Assembly (NCBI GenBank): GCA_038063415.1
Contig: JBBTVD010000006.1
Span: 9,948-73,947 of the forward strand
DNA length: 64,000 nt
Reading direction: 5' to 3'
Source: Patescibacteria group bacterium
GTDB lineage: Bacteria > Patescibacteriota > Microgenomatia > Levybacterales > UBA12049
This document shows, piece by piece, positions 58,001 through 64,000 of this stretch (position 1 is its first letter; each line of letters begins with the position of its first letter). Below the pieces are notes generated by a model that ran no database searches, had not been told where the DNA came from, and saw nothing but the letters and a program-made list of their open reading frames with translations. Both the position numbers and the translations under genes were made by a program.

Positions 58001-59363
58001 GACCCTTGCCCTCCCTCCACAAAACTGGCAGATGTTTTCTGATCTGATGCAACGACGTGGCGTTGAAGCAACAGTCATTGGAACTTTCACAAAAAGCGGC
58101 AAATGTATTGTCACCTATCATGATAAAACTATCATGGATCTTGATCTTGCATTTTTACATGATGGGTTACCACAAAGACCCATGACAACAAGGAAACCCA
58201 AAAATGTCATTCTGGAGCGAAATGACAATGAAGCGATAGGATCTGTATCGAGAGATCCTATCAGTCGCTCTAGCTCCTTCCAGGATGACGGCAATAAAAT
58301 ATTGTTAAATATGCTCTCAAGACTCAATATCACCAGTTACGAATTTATTTCACAACAATATGATTCTATTGTTCAAGGAAGTGCAGTTCTTGGACCATTA
58401 CAAGGAAGAGGGAGAGTGAATGCCGATACAAGTGTTTTGAGACCAGTACTGACCTCACAAAAAGGTGTTATTCTTTCACAAGCATTATATCCTGCGTATA
58501 GTGACATTGATCCGTATGCAATGGCTGCAAGTACTATTGATACTGCTATTAGGAATGCTGTAGCAGCTGGAGCAAATCCTGATCAGCTAGCACTTCTTGA
58601 TAACTTCTGTTGGTGTAGCCCAGACGACCCAGAAAGACTTTGGCAACTAAAAGAGGCAGTAAAAGCCTGTTATGACTATGCCCTCGCCTATCAAACCCCA
58701 TTTGTTTCTGGTAAAGATAGTATGTTTAACAACTTCAATGGCTTTGATAAAAAAGGAAAGCTAATTAAAATAGCAATTCCACCAACGCTCCTTATATCTA
58801 CCTTTGGTGTAGTTGATGATATAACAAAAGTGGTATCCCTTGATAGCAAAAAAACAGGCGATCTTCTCTATATTTTAGGAGAGACATATGAAGAGCTCGG
58901 AGGATCAGAGTATTTTGCTTTACAGAATGCACAATCGCTGACTGTCCCACAGGTAAATGCGATAATTAATAGTAAACTTTACAAAACTCTTTATCAGGCA
59001 ATTCAAAAAAATCTTATTGCTTCCAGTACCAGTATTGGCAGAGGAGGACTTGCTGTCGCTGCGGCAAAAAAAGCTCTAGGAGGAATGCTTGGGCTAACGA
59101 TTGACTTACAAAAAATTCCTGGACAGCACACTCGAGATGATTTCGCACTGTACTCCGAAAGCCAAGGAAGAATTCTGATTACTGTTGCCAGGGAAAATAA
59201 AAACGCTTTTGAAGAAATAATACGAGGAAATACTTTTGCCAATATTGGTAAAATCACCAAAGATCCAGCAATAGAAATCACAGGTCTAAACGGAAAATCG
59301 ATTATAGAGATGTCACTCAAAAAAGCGCTCAAAGTATATAAGCAAACATTTAAAGATTACTAA
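55023..59363 (+). CDS. purD: PurD fused to PurS-like domains and PurL
   Basis: GSGAREHAL, GPNTGGMG, EFNARFGDPE; PurS-like region with LPGVTDN; QTWSEHCKH, KVETHNSPS, DNGAGG, SESQERM. Confidence 0.93.
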   Translation: MKKKNNILIIGSGAREHALGWKFKQSPRIDKIYFAPGTAGTELIGKTTNIAFSDIPSLITFAKENAIDLTVAGPDDALAAGVVNSFQDNGLNIFGPTKEAAQIESSKAFAKKIMQEENIPTATYQTFTSFTKAKNYLQKQSLPIVIKASGLALGKGVIIAQTKEAAEKTLEDILIKKVFGDAGKEVIIEEFLIGPEISIHAFSDGENVSLFPAARDHKPIFEGNHGPNTGGMGTIAPLPEITDEQLEEIKKTIVLPIIQGLKKRGMPFVGCLYPGLILTKEGPKVLEFNARFGDPEMESYMRLLETDILDILIACTEGKLNKQRIIWSIQAACCIVLASAGYPVTSHKGDVIKGLEKVGKQKDIVVFHFATKKVQGVMRTNGGRVLGVTAVGKNLDEAVDKAYAAIGKDGIHFAGMQYRKDIGRIKKSKIIESDAGAKQSLPEKITRLEVFSKIPDTRAVVKKKKLQGVNEKIKKVSLADVYTIDKGFSENELQRIAETLSNPTTQSYTFSPNQSFKKKSFTWAIEIGFLPGVTDNIATTAKETIADLLDKPFNEGENIHTSQLIFLEGDINKKEAEEIATMLYNPLIQRMHLKSFKEYQKDNGMDIIVPKVKLEKEPEIREVNLSVSDEELTVIGKKGIANSDAIGARRGPLALDLVYMKIIQKYFKKLKRNPTDIELESIAQTWSEHCKHTIFADPIDEIKEGLFKRYIKQATEEIRKKKGKRDFCVSVFTDNSGGIAFDNEYLITHKVETHNSPSALDPFGGAITGIVGVNRDALGFGLGAKPVANMYGYCLADPRKDIPLYKGKNQTQKMLSSRRIMDGVIDGVNAGGNQSGIPTPQGFMYFDERYRGKPLVFVGTVGLIPRKIQGKLSHVKEAQPGDYIVMIGGRVGKDGIHGATFSSEALDSGSPASAVQIGDPITQKKLSDALVKEARDQLLYTSITDNGAGGLSCSVSEMAKESGGCLVELEKIPLKYPGLDPWEIWISESQERMTLALPPQNWQMFSDLMQRRGVEATVIGTFTKSGKCIVTYHDKTIMDLDLAFLHDGLPQRPMTTRKPKNVILERNDNEAIGSVSRDPISRSSSFQDDGNKILLNMLSRLNITSYEFISQQYDSIVQGSAVLGPLQGRGRVNADTSVLRPVLTSQKGVILSQALYPAYSDIDPYAMAASTIDTAIRNAVAAGANPDQLALLDNFCWCSPDDPERLWQLKEAVKACYDYALAYQTPFVSGKDSMFNNFNGFDKKGKLIKIAIPPTLLISTFGVVDDITKVVSLDSKKTGDLLYILGETYEELGGSEYFALQNAQSLTVPQVNAIINSKLYKTLYQAIQKNLIASSTSIGRGGLAVAAAKKALGGMLGLTIDLQKIPGQHTRDDFALYSESQGRILITVARENKNAFEEIIRGNTFANIGKITKDPAIEITGLNGKSIIEMSLKKALKVYKQTFKDY
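58206..58289 (+). repeat. Palindromic element variant (84 bp, 28 codons) inside purL
   Basis: GTCATTCTGGA...TCCAGGATGAC termini; inner GATAGGATCT/AGATCCTATC stem. Confidence 0.85.
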
Positions 59364-59382
59364 TATAAAAATGCTTGCATTA

Positions 59383-59491
59383 TAGAAAGTGAGGAACAAA
59401 TTTTTCGCAGTGATCGATAGCGACGAAGAGTTGGAAAGAAATTATCTTTAACCATTTTCGCGTGGATCACAAGAAAAATTTCGTTCCGAAC
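59383..59491 (+). repeat. Intergenic ~110-bp hairpin repeat, copy 2 (upstream of purQ)
   Basis: GGAACAAATTTTTC-GCA-GTGATC...GATCAC-AA-GAAAAATTTCGTTCC. Confidence 0.9.
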
Positions 59492-59505
59492 GATAATAAA
59501 TTTTT

Positions 59506-60306
59506 ATGACAAAACCAAAAGCACTTATTTTTTCAGGATACGGACTGAACTGTGAAGAAGAAACCAAATATGGTTTTGAACTCGCTGGAGCAACAGCAGA
59601 TATCATCCATATCAACGATCTGATTGCGAACAAGAAACTACTTAACAACTATCAAATACTTGCTTTTGGTGGAGGATTTTCTTATGGAGATGATACAGGG
59701 GCTGGGAATGCCTTTGCCAATAAAACGCGTAATCACCTGTGGGAGACACTGAGTAATTTTATAGACAAGGATCATCTAGCTATTGGCATTTGTAACGGTT
59801 TTCAAATTATTGCAAATCTAGGACTTCTTCCAGCAATCAAAAATCAGTATGGAAAGAGACAAGCAGCCCTTGTCAATAATGAGTCGGCTCGCTATACGGT
59901 ACGATTTGTTGATCTCAAAGTTACCAATAAAACGCCTTGGCTTACGGGGATAAAAACGCTTTCGTTACCAGTTGCTCACGGTGAAGGCAAATTCTATACA
60001 ACAAAAGAAAACTTGATACTACTTAAAAAATATAAACAGATTGCCCTTACCTACTTCTCTGGAGAAGCCTGTGCATACCAAAACTATCCAGCAAATCCGA
60101 ATGGCTCACTTGCAGATATTGCCGGCATTACTGATCAAACAGGGAAAATTTTGGGATTGATGCCACATCCAGAACGAGCTCTCTTTTTTACCCAAATGCC
60201 AAACTGGCCACTACGAAAAGAAGAACTACTAAGGAAGAAAAAAGAATTGCCAATACAAGGATCTGGATTACAATTATTCAAAAATGCTGTACAATACTTT
60301 GGTTAG
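59506..60306 (+). CDS. purQ: FGAM synthase glutaminase subunit
   Basis: GGFSYGD, GICNGFQ, AHGEG, NPNGS, MPHPER. Confidence 0.96.
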   Translation: MTKPKALIFSGYGLNCEEETKYGFELAGATADIIHINDLIANKKLLNNYQILAFGGGFSYGDDTGAGNAFANKTRNHLWETLSNFIDKDHLAIGICNGFQIIANLGLLPAIKNQYGKRQAALVNNESARYTVRFVDLKVTNKTPWLTGIKTLSLPVAHGEGKFYTTKENLILLKKYKQIALTYFSGEACAYQNYPANPNGSLADIAGITDQTGKILGLMPHPERALFFTQMPNWPLRKEELLRKKKELPIQGSGLQLFKNAVQYFG

Positions 60307-60312
60307 TCACTT

Positions 60313-61863
60313 ATGAAAAAATTTGCACTCATCAGCGTCTCAGATAAAACAGGTATTATAACTTTTGCAAAAGCATTAGTAGATTTAGGATATACGATCA
60401 TTTCAACTGGGGGAACAGCAAAAACTCTTGCGCAAAAAAATATCCCCCATACCCCAATTCAGGAAGTTACTGGTAACCCTGAAAGCTTTGATGGTCGAAT
60501 GAAAACCATTAGTTTTCAAATTGAATCAGGCATTTTATTTGATCGAACAAATCCCAACCATGTTGAAGAAGCAAAAAAACTGAAGATTAAACCAATAGAT
60601 ATCGTGGTATGCAATCTGTACCCTTTTGAAGAAACTATTAAGAAACAAAACGTTACCATGGATGAAGCAATTGAAAATATTGATGTAGGAGGTCCCACAA
60701 TGGTCAGGTCGGCAGCCAAGAACTATAAAAATGTCTTGGTCGTTGTCGAACCAAACGATTATAACCTGGTAATAAAAACCCTCAAAAATAAATCGACAGA
60801 AGAAACATTTCGGAGAGAACTTGCAGCAAAAGCATTTGGACACCTCTCCTTTTATGACGCGCAAATTGCTCAGTATCTACAGCTGGAAACCTTCCCCAAT
60901 GAAATTGTTCTGCCAGGAAGAAAATTACTCAATCTCCGGTACGGCGAAAATCCTCATCAGCAGGGAGCTGTTTATACGAGACCAAGTGTTACGACTCCAT
61001 TTAATGAGTTGACTAAACACTGGGGGAGAGATTTGTCACTTATTAACATCACCGATATTAATGCCGGACTTACCTCAGTACGGCTTTTTGGTGAACCAGC
61101 AGCAGCAGTAATCAAACACAATAGTCCCTCAGGGCTTGCTCTTGGAGAGACGATTGACGAAGCACTTACACAAGCAATTGTGGCAGATCCCGAATCAGCT
61201 TTTGGAGGTATTATTGTGCTCAATAAACCACTTGATTTGGCAACCGCAAAAATTGTCGGAGGATTTAAAGATGAACGACGAGGCAACATTGATATTATCG
61301 CGGCGCCAATCATTAAGAAGAATGCATTGGCTTTTTTGCAGAAGGTCAGAAAGACCATGGGGATTTATACCTTTGGTGAGATACCACGGGAAGAAGACCC
61401 TTGGAATCTTAAATGGATTGATGGCGGCTTTGTTCTCCAAACAGCAGATGTAGGTATCGCAGATTCATTTGGTAAATGGGAAATAGTGACCAAGAAAAAG
61501 CCAACAAAAAAACAACTGCTCCAGATGCAGATTGGTTGGAAATTTGTCAGTAGAATTCGTTCAAATACGATTCTGATTATGGATAAAAATCTGCCGATGA
61601 CCCGAGGCATTGGCTCAGGACAAACCTCTCGAATTCGCTCTACCAAAATTGCGCTTGAGCAAGCAGGAACAAAAACAAAAAGTGGCATTCTTGTGAGCGA
61701 TAGCTTCTTCCCCTTTCCTGATAGTGTTGAATTAGCCGCTAAACATGGTATTACCGCAATTGTCCAGCAAGGTGGTTCTATTAATGATACACTCTCAATT
61801 GAAGCAGCCGACAAAGCAGGCATTGCAATGGTCTTTACCCATCGTAGGGCGTTCTGGCACTAA
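60313..61863 (+). CDS. purH: Bifunctional AICAR transformylase / IMP cyclohydrolase
   Basis: ALISVSDK, NIDVGGPTM, LRYGENPHQ, SDSFFPF. Confidence 0.96.
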   Translation: MKKFALISVSDKTGIITFAKALVDLGYTIISTGGTAKTLAQKNIPHTPIQEVTGNPESFDGRMKTISFQIESGILFDRTNPNHVEEAKKLKIKPIDIVVCNLYPFEETIKKQNVTMDEAIENIDVGGPTMVRSAAKNYKNVLVVVEPNDYNLVIKTLKNKSTEETFRRELAAKAFGHLSFYDAQIAQYLQLETFPNEIVLPGRKLLNLRYGENPHQQGAVYTRPSVTTPFNELTKHWGRDLSLINITDINAGLTSVRLFGEPAAAVIKHNSPSGLALGETIDEALTQAIVADPESAFGGIIVLNKPLDLATAKIVGGFKDERRGNIDIIAAPIIKKNALAFLQKVRKTMGIYTFGEIPREEDPWNLKWIDGGFVLQTADVGIADSFGKWEIVTKKKPTKKQLLQMQIGWKFVSRIRSNTILIMDKNLPMTRGIGSGQTSRIRSTKIALEQAGTKTKSGILVSDSFFPFPDSVELAAKHGITAIVQQGGSINDTLSIEAADKAGIAMVFTHRRAFWH

Positions 61864-61867
61864 AATT

Positions 61868-62506
61868 ATGGATAAAAATATATGTACTATTTATATAGTC
61901 AGACATGGTGAGTCTGAAGCAAACCTTGCAGACGTGCGTGGAGCTGATACCAAATTAACCAAAACCGGCAAAAAACAAGTACAAGAATTTGCACAAAAAC
62001 ATAAGCATATTCATTTTGATGCCATTTTTTCATCTCCCCTAATTAGAGCGCAAGAAACAGCAACGATTATTGCTGAAGAAAGGAAACTCGAGATTCTCAC
62101 AAAAGAAGCCCTACGGGAAAGATTCTCAGGAGAGCTTGATGGAAAAAAGTATGAAGAGATAAAAGAAGAACTAACGAAGTATAATACTCAAAGAAAAGAA
62201 CTTCCCTATGAACAAGCAAAATCACTTGCTCCTGCACAAGGATACGAGAGTGACGAAATGATTATGTCACGTTTCATTACCGCGCTTAGAGAAATTGGTG
62301 TTGCCTATCCTGGCAAAAGAGTACTTGTTGCAGGTCACTGGGGGCTTATGCGTACCTTTCTTGTCCATACAGGATACAAGACTTTTAAAGAGCTTATTGG
62401 GTATAAATTTAACAACCTCGCATCGATTATTATTCAAACAGATGGCGTAGATTTTTTTATTATGGAAGTAAATGGACTCGAAAAGAATCCTAAGTACATG
62501 GTATGA
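61868..62506 (+). CDS. Histidine phosphatase (phosphoglycerate mutase family)
   Basis: VRHGES, SSPLIRA, LRE, VAGH; start at 61868. Confidence 0.9.
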   Translation: MDKNICTIYIVRHGESEANLADVRGADTKLTKTGKKQVQEFAQKHKHIHFDAIFSSPLIRAQETATIIAEERKLEILTKEALRERFSGELDGKKYEEIKEELTKYNTQRKELPYEQAKSLAPAQGYESDEMIMSRFITALREIGVAYPGKRVLVAGHWGLMRTFLVHTGYKTFKELIGYKFNNLASIIIQTDGVDFFIMEVNGLEKNPKYMV

Positions 62507-63954
62507 GCAATCTTTTTTCATCTTATCAATCAACATTTTCCTGGCGATATGGTTCAAAACCCATGCGAGAAATTTTTAGTGAAGAAAATAAATATAAACT
62601 TTGGAGAAAAATTTGGGTTGCACTCGCAATGGCACAATATGATGCAGGACTTATTACCAAAAAAGAACTCACTGATCTGAAGAATAACCAGGAGAATATT
62701 GACATCAATCAAATTCTTGAACATGAAAAAAAGACACGACATGACGTTGTTGCAGCGATTAAAGAATTTGCGGCAAAAGCAACAGATGGTGGTGGCAAGA
62801 TTCACCTCGGGGCAACCAGCATGGATATTGTCGATAATACTGATGCGATCAGGACACAACAGGCATTACACATCGTTGAGGAGAAAATTCTAGCAATTCT
62901 TGCAATCCTTACCGAAAAAATTGAACAATATGCGGATCATGTCTGCATGGGATATACCCATCTCCAACCAGCAGAACCAACAACAGTCGGGTATCGATTA
63001 AGTGTGTATGCTCAAGATCTGTTGACAGATTATCACTTCCTGCAATTTGTTAAAAAAGAAATCAAAGCAAAAGGGATGAAAGGAGCCGTCGGAACGGCAG
63101 CAAGCTATACGGCAGTACTCGATCGTCATTCTGGGGAGCAGAGCGACTCCAGAATCGATTCTGGTCAAGCCAGAATGACAGCCATGGAAATGGAACAAAA
63201 CGTTATGAACCAATTGGGTATTGAACCCGCAATTATTAGCACACAAGTTTCTCCTCGAAAATATGATTATTTAGTACTGACACTGCTTGCCAGTATCTCC
63301 TCAACGTTTGCTAAGTTTGCCGGAGATTTGCGATTACTCCAGTCACCTAGCATTGGGGAATGGGCCGAGCCATTTGGCAAAAATCAAGTTGGCTCAAGTG
63401 CTATGCCTTTTAAACGAAATCCTATCAATGCTGAAAAAATTTGTTCACTTGCTCGTTATGTGGCAGCACTACCTACGGTTGCACTTGAAAATGCTACCCT
63501 TTCATATCTCGAGCGAACACTTGATGATTCAGCCAATAAACGAATTGTCATGCCAGAGGCATTCCTTGCAACAGACGAGATATTACAAGTTGGAGAAAAA
63601 CTGCTTTCGGGTCTGGTCATTAATGAAAAGAAAATTGCTTTTAACCTTGCCCAATATGCTCCTTTTGCAGCAACAGAAGCAATCCTTATGGAAAGCGTCA
63701 AACAAGGGGCAAGCCGTCAAGACATGCATGAAACACTTCGGGATATTTCTATGAAAGCATGGGGAGAGGTGCAAGAAGGCAAACCAAATCCTATGGAAAA
63801 ACTTTTAAGGGAAAATCAATCCATTCTGAAATATCTTTCGAAAGAACACATTATTTCACTGATTGAAGTAAAGCATCATATTGGTAATGCTCCAGAACGA
63901 GCAAAAAAATTAGTAAGGAATATTGAAAAATTAAAAAAAGGAAGTAAACTATAA
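62503..63954 (+). CDS. purB: Adenylosuccinate lyase with a palindromic insertion
   Basis: RHDV, HLGATS, THLQPA, GSSAMPFKRNP. Confidence 0.96.
   Translation: MSNLFSSYQSTFSWRYGSKPMREIFSEENKYKLWRKIWVALAMAQYDAGLITKKELTDLKNNQENIDINQILEHEKKTRHDVVAAIKEFAAKATDGGGKIHLGATSMDIVDNTDAIRTQQALHIVEEKILAILAILTEKIEQYADHVCMGYTHLQPAEPTTVGYRLSVYAQDLLTDYHFLQFVKKEIKAKGMKGAVGTAASYTAVLDRHSGEQSDSRIDSGQARMTAMEMEQNVMNQLGIEPAIISTQVSPRKYDYLVLTLLASISSTFAKFAGDLRLLQSPSIGEWAEPFGKNQVGSSAMPFKRNPINAEKICSLARYVAALPTVALENATLSYLERTLDDSANKRIVMPEAFLATDEILQVGEKLLSGLVINEKKIAFNLAQYAPFAATEAILMESVKQGASRQDMHETLRDISMKAWGEVQEGKPNPMEKLLRENQSILKYLSKEHIISLIEVKHHIGNAPERAKKLVRNIEKLKKGSKL
63125..63179 (+). repeat. Palindromic element (55 bp) inside purB
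   Basis: GTCATTCTGGGGAGCAGAGCGACTCCAGAATCGATTCTGGTCAAGCCAGAATGAC. Confidence 0.92.
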
Positions 63955-63958
63955 AATT

Positions 63959-64000
63959 ATGAAACCTCTTATTAGTATTATTCTAGGTTCTGACTCTGAC
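63959..64000 (+). CDS. purE: N5-CAIR mutase, 5' fragment only
   Basis: MKPLISIILGSDSD, the PurE N-terminal motif, in the pur operon. Confidence 0.8.
   Translation, partial: MKPLISIILGSDSD

Noticed and set aside
61365-63754. Long alternative-frame or antisense ORFs (e.g. 61365-61823, 63287-63754) and similar ones across the window
   Set aside because: They lie within well-supported genes and show no motifs; treated as shadow ORFs

Overview
Bacterial chromosomal window, standard genetic code; gene content suggests Patescibacteria/CPR (Microgenomates-like), which is an inference. Bases 1 to ~37.2 kb are an accessory island ending at the 3' end of tRNA-Gln(CTG). It appears to be two related tandem integrative elements, each with a large serine recombinase, a small conserved ORF, an XRE plus excisionase-like HTH pair, a surface protein and a defence-cargo operon. 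Cargo includes Sir2-HerA, an SF1 helicase-Vsr fusion, a second SIR2, type I RM with two HEPN-type effectors, and a ParB-MTase/TerS/TerL module with no capsid genes. The rest (37.5-64 kb) is housekeeping (UPF0182, gltX, aspS, recJ, cca, yqeY) plus a de novo purine operon with PurF-PurN and PurD-PurS-PurL fusions. Most striking: palindromic elements (GTCATTCTGG...CCAGAATGAC) inserted in frame in recJ, cca, purL and purB; a duplicated ~110-bp hairpin upstream of purD and purQ; a diverged ~70-bp repeat at the apparent right end of both elements; widespread leaderless-type promoters. Family calls come from motif recognition by eye; no database search was run.
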